Assembly (NCBI GenBank): GCA_017512365.1
Contig: JAFWGQ010000001.1
Location: 30,863-94,862, forward strand
Direction: 5' to 3'
DNA: 64,000 nt
Source of the DNA: Mogibacterium sp.
Lineage (GTDB): Bacteria; Bacillota; Clostridia; Peptostreptococcales; Anaerovoracaceae
Part shown: piece after piece, positions 26,275 through 35,841 of the stretch
How the letters are laid out: each line of letters opens with the position of its first letter
Position numbering within the stretch: the first letter of the stretch is position 1
Translations under genes and position numbers: made by a program
Notes under the pieces: generated by a model
Seen by the model: the letters and a program-made list of their open reading frames with translations, nothing else
Told to the model about the DNA's origin: nothing
Database searches by the model: none

Positions 26275-28458
26275 ATGAAGGTACCAGTAGTCATACAGAC
26301 ACATCCGGGAGAGAATTCCATCGCGGCGATCGCCACGATACTCTCTTACTATGGCAAGGTAGTCCCGCTTTCCGAAATGAGGAAGTACAATATCACCTCG
26401 AGAGGCGGTTCCACTCCGGAACAGATGAAGGACATGGCATCGCGCTATGACCTCGAGACGGAGATAGTGGAAGCGGATATGGAACAGCTCGCCGGCATGA
26501 CTATGCCTGTGGTCGCGAAGTGGAAGCACAAGTACTGGGTGATAGTTAAGAAGATAGGAAGAGGCGTGGTATATCTGTCGGATCCGGCCAAAGGCGAGTA
26601 TGAGATGTCGATCGACGGATTCAGCAGCAAATTCGACGGAGCCGTACTCGTGATGAAGCCGGCCGAAGGCTTCAAAAGGGGAGGCAAAAGGCCGTCCCTT
26701 TACGGCCTCATCATGAAGCGTCTGGACGGCGTTCAGCGGCAGATGGTCATGCTGGGCATCCTCAACGCCATGGCTGTGGGTCTCAGTCTGCTGATGGTCA
26801 GGTCCACGCGTATGATGCTCGATGTGGCGGGCAATGAGAAAGGAAAAGAGGACTGGGTGCAGTCGCTGCTGTCAGGAGGCTTTGACGACCGCTCTACGTA
26901 CAGGTTCCTCGTGGTCTCGATGTGCGTCATACTGGCTGCCATGACCGCGGTCAACGTGATCAAGACTCTTCTTATATACAGGACAGCCTATTCAGTAGCG
27001 GCGCGCTCGGGAGCAGGACTGTTCAGGAAGATCCTGATGCAGCCCATGGTATTCTTCGAGCAGTACAGATCAGGCGAACTGATACAGCGAATGGAGGACA
27101 ACTCGAAGCTCGATCTGTCTCTGGTGAGGACCATAGTTCCGCGCCTGCTCGATTTCGTGATGACCATCATATATTTCGTGCTCATGCTCAGCTACAACTG
27201 GAAAGTGGCGCTTATCTGCATTCTGGTTGAGATCGTTTACATGGTCGTATCGCTTCGCATGAAGAACCGCATCACGATGCAGGCCAGGAGCAACGCCGTC
27301 AGTACCGGCATGATGAACACATCGATACTGAACGGGCTGGACACCATAGATACCATCAAGTCCGGAGGTCTCGAGAGGATGTTCTTTTCGGACTGGAACA
27401 GATCCCAGATCGAATTCGATGAGGCGCGTGAGGGCGGCATAAGCATCACTGCCATCACGGGAGCGATCGACAGCATGCATTCGCTCTTCTCGCAGGCCGC
27501 ACTGCTCTTCGCCGGAGCCTACTTCATGATACAGGGACAGTTTACCTTCGGTATAATGGCAGCTCTGCAGACTGTGCTCGGGAACTTCAGGAACAGCTTC
27601 TCGAACTGCATCTCCATGACCAACAATCTGCAGAAGACGAGAACCGAGATAGAACGCATAGAAGACATAAGAGAAAGAGACAGCCTGCCTGAAAAACATC
27701 TGGCCGCTGATTCGGAGCCGGATAAGCTCAGGGGGCGTCTTGATGTGTCGCATCTGTGCTACAGATACCAGGAGGGCGAAGCTCCTGCCCTTGATGATGT
27801 GAGCTTCAGCGCCAAACCGGGCGAGCTTATCGCCGTGGTCGGATCCTCCGGATGCGGCAAGAGCACTCTCCTGAAGTGCCTGCTCTCACTTTACGAACCG
27901 GAGAGCGGCAATATATGGTACGACGGACACACAAGAGACGAGATCCCGGATGTCGTGTTCCGTTCATCGGTCACGGCAGTCGACCAGGAGTGCGTCGTAT
28001 TCGAGGACAGCATAGCGAACAACCTGACGATGTGGGACCCGACGGTCGAGGAGTACGAGATGATACTCGCCGCCCGTGACGCCCACATACACGAGAGGAT
28101 CATCAGGGACAGAGATGGGTATTACGCCGGGATGTACGAGAACGGCAGGAACTTTTCCGGCGGAGAGCTGCAGAGGCTTGAGCTCGCCAGGGCTCTGTCC
28201 ACGGAATCCACCATACTGCTGCTCGATGAATTCACATCGGCGCTCGACGCTGTTACCGAGGAAGCTGTATTCAAGTCCATAAGACTGAAGGCTACCACAT
28301 GCATAATAGTCGCTCACAGGCTGTCGACGGTGGCCTCGTGCGACCACATACTCGTAATGGACAAGGGCAGGATCGTGCAGAGGGGAACGCACGAAGAACT
28401 GTATAACACCGAAGGCATTTACAGAGATCTTCTGGAAGTGCCTGGGGAGAAGATCTGA
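26275..28458 (+). CDS. ABC exporter (permease + ATPase) with an N-terminal C39-peptidase-like domain lacking the catalytic Cys
   Basis: The N-terminal VVIQTHPGENSIAAIATILSYYG ... HKYWVIV ... LSDPAKG resembles bacteriocin-exporter C39 domains, but no Cys occurs in roughly the first 215 residues. Six-TM core, Walker A GSSGCGKST, signature FSGGELQRL, Walker B LLLDEF. ATG 26275 was preferred over 26245. Confidence 0.85.
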   Translation: MKVPVVIQTHPGENSIAAIATILSYYGKVVPLSEMRKYNITSRGGSTPEQMKDMASRYDLETEIVEADMEQLAGMTMPVVAKWKHKYWVIVKKIGRGVVYLSDPAKGEYEMSIDGFSSKFDGAVLVMKPAEGFKRGGKRPSLYGLIMKRLDGVQRQMVMLGILNAMAVGLSLLMVRSTRMMLDVAGNEKGKEDWVQSLLSGGFDDRSTYRFLVVSMCVILAAMTAVNVIKTLLIYRTAYSVAARSGAGLFRKILMQPMVFFEQYRSGELIQRMEDNSKLDLSLVRTIVPRLLDFVMTIIYFVLMLSYNWKVALICILVEIVYMVVSLRMKNRITMQARSNAVSTGMMNTSILNGLDTIDTIKSGGLERMFFSDWNRSQIEFDEAREGGISITAITGAIDSMHSLFSQAALLFAGAYFMIQGQFTFGIMAALQTVLGNFRNSFSNCISMTNNLQKTRTEIERIEDIRERDSLPEKHLAADSEPDKLRGRLDVSHLCYRYQEGEAPALDDVSFSAKPGELIAVVGSSGCGKSTLLKCLLSLYEPESGNIWYDGHTRDEIPDVVFRSSVTAVDQECVVFEDSIANNLTMWDPTVEEYEMILAARDAHIHERIIRDRDGYYAGMYENGRNFSGGELQRLELARALSTESTILLLDEFTSALDAVTEEAVFKSIRLKATTCIIVAHRLSTVASCDHILVMDKGRIVQRGTHEELYNTEGIYRDLLEVPGEKI

Positions 28459-30624
28459 ATGGGCATATATACCGAGGCGCTCAAAAACCGCGAAAGAAAC
28501 GACCTTGAGCTCGAGCGCAACGCCGAGCTGAGGATGATGAACCGTCTGGACAGAGATCCGAAATTCAATGATGCAGACGGAGCGTTCTTTGCGTTGAATC
28601 ATATCCTCGGCAAATTCGGCCTGTCGGCGAACGAGGTGCACGGCTACTCCGGCACTCAGGAGATGCTGGACCTCGCCCTCGATCCGCTGGCCATAATATA
28701 TGATATCGTTGACCTCAGCGATACGGAATGGACAAAGCGCACCGAGTACATACTGGGATTCATGGAGGACGGCAGGGCCGTCGTCCTGAGCCCTGCGGTC
28801 AGAGGATACACATACAGATGCCTGACTGACGGTTCGCATGGATGGGTGAGGAAAGACACCCCTCTGCAGCAGTTCGCATACGCGATACAGAGACCTCTCG
28901 ACAGAAGGGTCAGGAACCTGGTCACTCTCGCGATATATACACTGCATCTCGTTTCGGCAAGAGACATAATCGCGATAGGCGGAGCGACACTGGCGATCTC
29001 TCTGCTCGGACTCATCACGCCGAAGATGAACCAGTACGTGCTCCGCGAGATCGTGCCCATGGGAACCGACGGCTACACTCTTCTGTTCAGGGCTTTCGGT
29101 CTCTTCCTCTCTGCCGGCATGGTCAAAGGCGCCATCCAGGCCGTCAAGAGCGTGAGTCTGGGCAAGATGCGCATAAGGATATCCTCGGAGGTGCAGTCCG
29201 CGGTCATGACAAAGGTACTGACGCTGCCGCAGTCTTTCTTTACTCAGGTATCCACGGGCAAGCTCTCAAAACAGATATCGAACGCCAGATTCCTGAGCGA
29301 ACAGATAATAAGCTTCGTTCTCGGAGCTTCTCTGACAGCGGTGTTCTCGCTTGTATACATACCTCAGATGGCCGGGTTTTCAAGGGTCCTTCTGATACCC
29401 GCGGTCGTCATACTGATCATCAGGAGCGTCTACACACTGATGGCCGGATACCTCTTTGCCGACAACGAAAGGAGGAGGCAGGAGGCCGAGATGGACGAGA
29501 GGGCCTTCCTCTTCTCCACGTTCAAGGGCATACAGAGGATAAAGGAGAGCGGAGCCGAAAAGAGGATATTCTCGAGATGGACATCGAAGTACAGCGCCGT
29601 GCTCGACTGCGACCTGAACATGCCTGTAGCGCTTTCGCTCGAGGACGTAGTGCTCAGCTTCCTGAGCTCGCTCGGTACTGTGATACTCCTCTCGCTCATC
29701 ATTCCTGCCGGAATAGACAAGGCGGACTATATCGCGTTCACGAGCGCGTTCGGCCTGATCTCGGCGGCAGTCACGGAACTGATGGACGCGCAGAGAAAGC
29801 TCTTCCTCATGAGACCCATGATGGAGCAGCTCAGAGGACTGTTCGAGTCCGAACCGGAGGATGCCCCTGAAAAGAGCGTAGTCAGAAACATCAGAGGCAG
29901 CATAAAGGTAGAGAATGTCAGCTTCGCGTACGACGAAGGCAGGTTCGGATGCCTCAACGGAGTCTCGCTGGATATCGCCGCGGGAGAGAAGGTCGCGATC
30001 GTAGGCGAGAGCGGCTGCGGAAAGAGCACTCTTTTAAAGATCATACTCGGAGCGCTCAAGCCTGACGAGGGAGCCGTGCTCATAGACGGCATGCCTCTCG
30101 AATCTCTGAATCTGAGATCCTACAGAAGGCACATCGGAGCTGTTTTCCAGTTCAGCAAGGTGATGCCGGGAACGATATATTCCAATATCGCTTTCTGTCC
30201 GCATCCGGTCAGCCTCGAAGAGGCGAAGGCCGCGGCCGAAAAGGCCGACATAGCTGAGACCATAGAAAGGCTGCCTCTCGGCTACGAGACAGAGATATCC
30301 GACTCGAACACCGGAGGCTTCTCCGGCGGTCAGAGACAGAGGCTTCTGCTTGCCAGGGCCTTCGCTTCGAAGCCGGACATCATGATACTCGACGAGGCGA
30401 CGTCCGCACTCGACAACATTTCCCAGAACAAGGTGCTCGATTCGGTATATAAGGAAAACTGCACTGTAGTGATGGTCGCGCACAGGCTGTCGACGGTCAG
30501 AGACTGCGACAGGATAGTCCTGATAAAGGAAGGCCGCATAGCCGAACAGGGCACCTACGACGACCTCATGAAGCTTCGCGGAGAATTCTATGAGCTCATG
30601 CGCAGGCAGTCCGGAACGCACTGA
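28459..30624 (+). CDS. ABC exporter (permease + ATPase), partner subunit with a non-peptidase N-terminal domain
   Basis: TGAATG junction with the upstream gene. Walker A GESGCGKST, signature FSGGQRQRL, Walker B IMILDEATSALD, H-loop VAHRLST. The N-terminal domain of about 150 aa has no C39 motifs. Confidence 0.85.
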   Translation: MGIYTEALKNRERNDLELERNAELRMMNRLDRDPKFNDADGAFFALNHILGKFGLSANEVHGYSGTQEMLDLALDPLAIIYDIVDLSDTEWTKRTEYILGFMEDGRAVVLSPAVRGYTYRCLTDGSHGWVRKDTPLQQFAYAIQRPLDRRVRNLVTLAIYTLHLVSARDIIAIGGATLAISLLGLITPKMNQYVLREIVPMGTDGYTLLFRAFGLFLSAGMVKGAIQAVKSVSLGKMRIRISSEVQSAVMTKVLTLPQSFFTQVSTGKLSKQISNARFLSEQIISFVLGASLTAVFSLVYIPQMAGFSRVLLIPAVVILIIRSVYTLMAGYLFADNERRRQEAEMDERAFLFSTFKGIQRIKESGAEKRIFSRWTSKYSAVLDCDLNMPVALSLEDVVLSFLSSLGTVILLSLIIPAGIDKADYIAFTSAFGLISAAVTELMDAQRKLFLMRPMMEQLRGLFESEPEDAPEKSVVRNIRGSIKVENVSFAYDEGRFGCLNGVSLDIAAGEKVAIVGESGCGKSTLLKIILGALKPDEGAVLIDGMPLESLNLRSYRRHIGAVFQFSKVMPGTIYSNIAFCPHPVSLEEAKAAAEKADIAETIERLPLGYETEISDSNTGGFSGGQRQRLLLARAFASKPDIMILDEATSALDNISQNKVLDSVYKENCTVVMVAHRLSTVRDCDRIVLIKEGRIAEQGTYDDLMKLRGEFYELMRRQSGTH

Positions 30625-30677
30625 CTTTTGATAAACTGAAAATAAACTAGGACATCAGAATGTTTTTAATTGTATTT

Positions 30678-30702
30678 ATGCCTCCTCGCCGGGGGCATTT
30701 TC
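30678..30702 (+). terminator. Rho-independent terminator after the ABC pair
   Basis: ATGCCTCC-tcgcc-GGGGGCAT followed by TTTT. Confidence 0.7.
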
Positions 30703-30867
30703 ATTGACCCCGGCCTGTATTATTGATAACATCAATACAATATATTCTGACTTACGACTTACTCGGATCACCGGGCGTAAACCGGAGATCAGAAAGGGCC
30801 GAAGTCAGTTTTTTTCGCTGAAAGCGTCAATTATTTGCTGACGGAGATAATGAGGAGGGGGAAACTT

Positions 30868-32169
30868 TTGAAAACAGGACTCAAACGAATCATTGCTCTT
30901 GCGACAGTGATGGCGATGTCAGTGATGCTTCTTGCGGGCTGCGGAGGATCCTCCGGCGGTGAAGAGACCGGCAATACCGGAAGCACCGACGGGATCACCG
31001 TCTTCAACTCGAAGATGGAGATACAGGATCAGCTGCTCGAGATGGCAAAGAAGTATGAGAAGGAAACAGGCGTACACGTAGAGGTGTACTACTCAAGCGA
31101 TACTGTATCCGCTCATCTCGCCACAAGATACGCATCCGACAATCCGTACACGCTGTCGATGGTGGACGCCAAGGACATCTATTCCCTGGCAGAAGAGCAT
31201 GCGGCCGACCTCAGTGGCGAGGAATGGGTCAAAGACACCGAGTACGCGATCGACATCGGAGGCAAGACATACGGCTTCCCGGTCTGCGTGGAGGCAAGAG
31301 GCATCATCTACAATGCCGACGCCATCGAAAAGATCACCGGAAAGAAATTCGATCCTGAGCAGTACAAGACGCTCAAGGCCTTCAAGGGCCTGATCGAAGA
31401 GCTCAAAAAAGGCGGCATGGAAGCTCCGACCGGAGTAATGAAGGAAGACTGGTCGCTCGGAGCTCACTATCTTGCGCAGGTATATGAGGAGCAGGAGGAT
31501 CCTGACGCATTCCTCATGGACCTCAGCAAGGACAAGGTCAAACTCATGAAGAACGAGAAGTTCAATTCGCTCATGGACACCTTCGATGTGCTGAAGGACA
31601 ACAACTACGCCAGGGAAAGCGCCATCTCGGCGGAGCGCGAGATCTCCGAGAAGAAGCTTGCCGAGGGCGAGATCGCGTTCATGTTCGGAGGCAACTGGGA
31701 CTGGTCTCAGATCAATCAGTTCGACTACACCGAGAACATGGGCATCATGCCTGTCCCTCAGGACATGGACGACGGCATGAATGAGAAGCTCGTGGGAGGC
31801 GGCTCGAAGTACTTCTTCATAGATAGCTCGGCCAACACCACCGACGAGCAGCGCCAGCAGGCAAAGGATTTTCTGAACTGGCTGGTATACAACGAAAATG
31901 GACAGTCATTCCTGGTGAACGACTGCGCGCTCGTTCCGGCGTTCTCGAACATCAAGCTGCCGATCAGCGACCCTCTGGGAGCATCGGTAAGCAAGTACAC
32001 CAATGCCGGCAAACTCATCCCGAACTACAACTACCTGCCTGACGACCACTTTGCGATCCTCGGCGCCATGTTCCAGAAGTATCTGGCCGGCATCAGCGAC
32101 CGTGAAGGCTTCGCCAAGGATGTAGAGACTTACTGGCACACCAAGACGCTGGAGCGTCATCCGGAATAG
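30868..32169 (+). CDS. Sugar ABC transporter substrate-binding lipoprotein (family 1)
   Basis: Lipobox LLAGCGG. A TTG start at 30868 lies 6 nt after GAGGAGGGGG, and the ORF-track start 30835 is the alternative. It is followed by two sugar permeases. Confidence 0.8.
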   Translation: MKTGLKRIIALATVMAMSVMLLAGCGGSSGGEETGNTGSTDGITVFNSKMEIQDQLLEMAKKYEKETGVHVEVYYSSDTVSAHLATRYASDNPYTLSMVDAKDIYSLAEEHAADLSGEEWVKDTEYAIDIGGKTYGFPVCVEARGIIYNADAIEKITGKKFDPEQYKTLKAFKGLIEELKKGGMEAPTGVMKEDWSLGAHYLAQVYEEQEDPDAFLMDLSKDKVKLMKNEKFNSLMDTFDVLKDNNYARESAISAEREISEKKLAEGEIAFMFGGNWDWSQINQFDYTENMGIMPVPQDMDDGMNEKLVGGGSKYFFIDSSANTTDEQRQQAKDFLNWLVYNENGQSFLVNDCALVPAFSNIKLPISDPLGASVSKYTNAGKLIPNYNYLPDDHFAILGAMFQKYLAGISDREGFAKDVETYWHTKTLERHPE

Positions 32170-32184
32170 GAAAGGAGGGCTGAA

Positions 32185-33063
32185 ATGGAAAGAAACACAA
32201 TGGCTTACAAGTCAAAGCAATTCCTCATGTTTGCAGGTCCTGCGCTCATCCTGTTCTGCATGGTCATCATCATTCCGTTCATCTACGGACTGTTTCTGAC
32301 CTTTACAAGCTGGGACGGCGTAAGCGCCGAGAAGCCGCTCGTCGGTTTCGCAAACTATGTGTCCGCGTTCAAGGACGCCTACTTTTGGGCGGCCATCGGA
32401 AGGACGCTGATCTACTCCGCGTTCGCCGTGATCTTTGTCAATGTCGTGGCGTTCCTGCTCGCCTACATGGTGACGAGCGGAGTCAAGGGCCAGAACTTCT
32501 TCCGCGCGGGATTCTTCATCCCGAACCTGATCGGCGGTATCGTTCTCGGTTATGTATGGAAGTTCGTCTTCAACCGCGCGTTCGTAGCCATAGGAGAGGC
32601 GATCTCAGGCGGCACTGTGCCGTCGCTGCTGTCGACGACAGGCGGCGCGATGTTCTGCCTCATACTCGTATCCGTATGGCAGTACGCGGGATACATGATG
32701 CTCATCTACGTGGCGGGATTCATGAGCGTGTCCGACAGTCTCAAGGAGGCGGCCATGATCGACGGCTGCACGCCTTCGCAGGCGATGAGGAACGTGACGA
32801 TCCCTCTGATGAGGACTTCATTCACGACATGCATCTTTTTGAGCATCACAAGATGCTTCGTTGTGTACGATGTCAACCTGTCACTGACTAAGGGCGAGCC
32901 GTTCTTCAGCTCGGTAATGGCAGCGATGCACGTATACAACAAGGCATTCACTTATAAAGACTACGGCACAGGCCAGGCCGAGGCCCTCATCCTGTTCATA
33001 GTCTGCGCGATAATCGGTATCACTCAGGTATATGTAAGCAAGAAAGGGGAGGTGGAAGCATAA
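32185..33063 (+). CDS. Carbohydrate ABC transporter permease (MsmF-like)
   Basis: Polytopic, with the EAA-type loop SLKEAAMIDGCTPSQAMRNVTIPL. Confidence 0.85.
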   Translation: MERNTMAYKSKQFLMFAGPALILFCMVIIIPFIYGLFLTFTSWDGVSAEKPLVGFANYVSAFKDAYFWAAIGRTLIYSAFAVIFVNVVAFLLAYMVTSGVKGQNFFRAGFFIPNLIGGIVLGYVWKFVFNRAFVAIGEAISGGTVPSLLSTTGGAMFCLILVSVWQYAGYMMLIYVAGFMSVSDSLKEAAMIDGCTPSQAMRNVTIPLMRTSFTTCIFLSITRCFVVYDVNLSLTKGEPFFSSVMAAMHVYNKAFTYKDYGTGQAEALILFIVCAIIGITQVYVSKKGEVEA

Positions 33064-33926
33064 TGACTCAGAATGAAAAAGCTGCGGCTGCCAGGAAGAG
33101 AAAGCACGCCATTATGATCGTCCTCCTGGTCCTTCTCTTCATACTGTTCATCGCGCCGTTCATACTGGTGCTGATAAACGTATTCAAGGATCAGGCCGAC
33201 ATCACATCCAATCCCCTGTCGCTCGTAGGCGAGCACGGATTCACGACGAAGAACTTCCCTGAAGCCATGCAGAAGATGGACTTCTTCAACGTGTTCAAGA
33301 ACTCGCTCATAATCACCACCTGCGCGACGATCCTCACGATCCTCGTATCCGCGATGGCGTCCTTCGTCATCGTGAGAAACGGCAAGTGGAAAGCATGCTC
33401 GACTCTCTTTGCGCTCATGATCGCATCGATGGTCATCCCGTTCCAGGTACTGATGGTACCTCTGGTATCGGTATACGGCGGTATCTTCGGCATACTCAAC
33501 AGCCGGCTCACCCTCATACTGATGCACACGGGATTCTCCGTATCCATGGCGACTTTCATGTTCCATGGAGCGATACATTCCAATATACCATTGGAACTTG
33601 AAGAAGCGGCGCTCATAGACGGCTGCACCAGATGGCAGACATTCTGGAAGATCGTCTTCCCGCTGCTCAAACCGACAGTTGCCACAGTGGCCATAATCGA
33701 CGCCATGGCGTTCTGGAACGACTACCTCCTGCCGAGCCTTGTGCTCACGGACAAGGAGATCTACACGATCCCGATCGCTACTCAGGCCTTCTACGGAACT
33801 TATTCCACGGATATCGGTCTGGTAATGGCTGCGCTGCTGCTGGCTATGCTGCCTATACTGATCCTGTATCTTTTCCTGCAGAAGTACATCGTTGCGGGAG
33901 TTACTGCGGGAGCTGTCAAGGGCTAA
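33063..33926 (+). CDS. Carbohydrate ABC transporter permease (MsmG-like)
   Basis: EAA loop LEEAALIDGCTRWQTFWKIVFPLLKP. ATAATG overlap with the upstream permease. Confidence 0.85.
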   Translation: MTQNEKAAAARKRKHAIMIVLLVLLFILFIAPFILVLINVFKDQADITSNPLSLVGEHGFTTKNFPEAMQKMDFFNVFKNSLIITTCATILTILVSAMASFVIVRNGKWKACSTLFALMIASMVIPFQVLMVPLVSVYGGIFGILNSRLTLILMHTGFSVSMATFMFHGAIHSNIPLELEEAALIDGCTRWQTFWKIVFPLLKPTVATVAIIDAMAFWNDYLLPSLVLTDKEIYTIPIATQAFYGTYSTDIGLVMAALLLAMLPILILYLFLQKYIVAGVTAGAVKG

Positions 33927-33959
33927 GTTATATCCGGCAAAGGTGAGAACTGGTAACAG

Positions 33960-34580
33960 ATGGACAGATTTTTCGATTCAGAGAATCCGGTGATGAAGTT
34001 CCTCTCAAGGCTCGTGGACCTGGCCGTTCTGAACATTGTAACGGTCGTGTACTCGATCCCGCTGGTGACATTCGGCGGAGCGATGGCAGCCATGAACTAT
34101 GTGCTGCTGCACCTTGTGAGAGGCGATGAGACATACGTAATCAGGATGTTCAGGAAGTCGTTCGGAGACAACTTCCGGCAGGGCGTCCCCGAGGGGCTGC
34201 TCGTCATACTCATCGCGGTCATAACCGCGGTGGACATGTGGGCCCTCCACGGATCGGAGTCCAGGCTTCTGACGGTGATGATGATCATCATCACCATAGC
34301 CGCGGTGTTCATCTTCGTGACAGCGGTTTACATGTTCGCCCTCCAGTCCAGGTACGAAAACACTGTAAAGGGGACGATCATGAACGCGTTCAGGCTGTCG
34401 GTGGCAAACCTGCCGGCAACGGCCGTGATGGCGGCGGCCTGGACAGCATGGGCCTTCGTGCTGGTATACCTGCACAAGGCGGCGGCGCTCGCGTTCCTGC
34501 TGTACGGATTCACTCTTCCGGGCTATATATGCGCCATGCTGATGGACCGCATATTCGAAAAGCTCGAAAAAGAAGAGTAG
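33960..34580 (+). CDS. YesL-family (DUF624) membrane protein
   Basis: N-terminus MDRFFDSENPVMKFLSRLVDLAVLNIV plus several TM helices. This is the usual position for such genes in sugar ABC loci. Confidence 0.7.
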   Translation: MDRFFDSENPVMKFLSRLVDLAVLNIVTVVYSIPLVTFGGAMAAMNYVLLHLVRGDETYVIRMFRKSFGDNFRQGVPEGLLVILIAVITAVDMWALHGSESRLLTVMMIIITIAAVFIFVTAVYMFALQSRYENTVKGTIMNAFRLSVANLPATAVMAAAWTAWAFVLVYLHKAAALAFLLYGFTLPGYICAMLMDRIFEKLEKEE

Positions 34581-34636
34581 TTACCGGTCAGAGACCTGTC
34601 AGAACGCAATGCATATTGGAATAAAGGAGTAATAAA

Positions 34637-35743
34637 ATGGCAAGTTTATCATTAAAACACATTGAGAAGATATATCCTAACGGCTATCACGCCGTCCAGG
34701 ATTTCAATCTCGAAGTCGAAGACAAGGAATTCATCATCTTCGTCGGACCTTCCGGCTGCGGAAAGTCCACGACCCTGCGCATGATCGCGGGCCTCGAGGA
34801 CATCTCCGAGGGAGAGTTCCTCATCGACGGCGTCAAGATGAACGATGTAGAGCCTAAGGACAGGGACATCGCGATGGTATTCCAGAGCTACGCACTCTAT
34901 CCGCACATGACGGTAAGAGACAACATGGGATTCGCCCTCAAGCTCAGAAAAGTCCCTCAGGCCGAGATCAACGAGAAGGTAGAGGAGGTCGCTAAGATCC
35001 TAGACCTCGAGAAGCTGCTCGACAGAAAGCCTAAAGCTCTCTCCGGCGGACAGAGGCAGCGTGTGGCCATGGGCCGCGCCATCGTCAGAAACCCTAAGGT
35101 GTTCCTGATGGACGAGCCTCTCTCGAACCTCGACGCCAAGCTGAGAGTACAGATGAGGACAGAGATCGCCAAGCTCCACGAGAGACTGGGCACAACTATC
35201 ATCTATGTAACTCACGACCAGACAGAGGCCATGACTCTGGGAACGAGGATCGTCGTCATGAAGGACGGCATCGTCCAGCAGATCAACACGCCTGAGCATC
35301 TCTACAACAAGCCATGCAACCTCTTCGTTGCCGGCTTCATCGGATCGCCTCAGATGAACTTCCTCGACGCTGTTGTCGAGGTCAAGGGCAAGGATACGTT
35401 CCTGCACATCGGCGACGACGTGCTGAAGATGCCTGCAGACAAGGCGAAGGTCCTCAAGGACTATGACGGCAAGACGGTAGTCTTCGGCATCCGTCCTGAG
35501 CATTTCGGCGACGGCAGAGGCCACGAAGGCAAGCAGAACACGCTCAGGTGCAGGATCGAGGTGCGCGAGCTGCTCGGAGCCGAGGTATACCTCTACGGAG
35601 ACATCAACGGCAAGCAGTGCACGGCAAGAGTCAACCCTGACGTTGATCTTACCAACGGAATGGAAGCGACATATTCGGTCGACATGAAGAAGATCCACCT
35701 CTTCGACAAGGAGACAGAGAAGAGCCTGCTGTACGCTGAGTAA
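34637..35743 (+). CDS. msmK: Sugar ABC transporter ATP-binding protein (MsmK/MalK/UgpC-like)
   Basis: Walker A GPSGCGKST, signature LSGGQRQRVAMGRA, Walker B FLMDEPLSNLD, and a C-terminal TOBE-like regulatory domain. Confidence 0.9.
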   Translation: MASLSLKHIEKIYPNGYHAVQDFNLEVEDKEFIIFVGPSGCGKSTTLRMIAGLEDISEGEFLIDGVKMNDVEPKDRDIAMVFQSYALYPHMTVRDNMGFALKLRKVPQAEINEKVEEVAKILDLEKLLDRKPKALSGGQRQRVAMGRAIVRNPKVFLMDEPLSNLDAKLRVQMRTEIAKLHERLGTTIIYVTHDQTEAMTLGTRIVVMKDGIVQQINTPEHLYNKPCNLFVAGFIGSPQMNFLDAVVEVKGKDTFLHIGDDVLKMPADKAKVLKDYDGKTVVFGIRPEHFGDGRGHEGKQNTLRCRIEVRELLGAEVYLYGDINGKQCTARVNPDVDLTNGMEATYSVDMKKIHLFDKETEKSLLYAE

Positions 35744-35841
35744 TAAACAGCACAGTCCGGACCCGGCCGTTTCACGCAGCAGTGGTACAGCCGGGTCCGA
35801 TTTTTGAACGCAGAGACAGCACAGGAAAAGAGAAAAAAGCG

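Noticed and set aside
25730-26529. Minus-strand ORFs running through the repeats (107, 90 and 183 aa in the track)
   Set aside because: The 185-nt period is not a multiple of 3, so successive copies are read in different frames. Every inter-copy difference I translated in the shared minus-strand frame (N/G, S/A, W/R, P/L, L/H) is non-synonymous. Open antisense frames are common in this GC-rich sequence.
30818-30831. A CcpA cre site upstream of the sugar-binding protein gene
   Set aside because: Only the left half (TGAAAGCG) matches the consensus and the right half is poor. I kept it only as a weak note within the sugar-locus finding.
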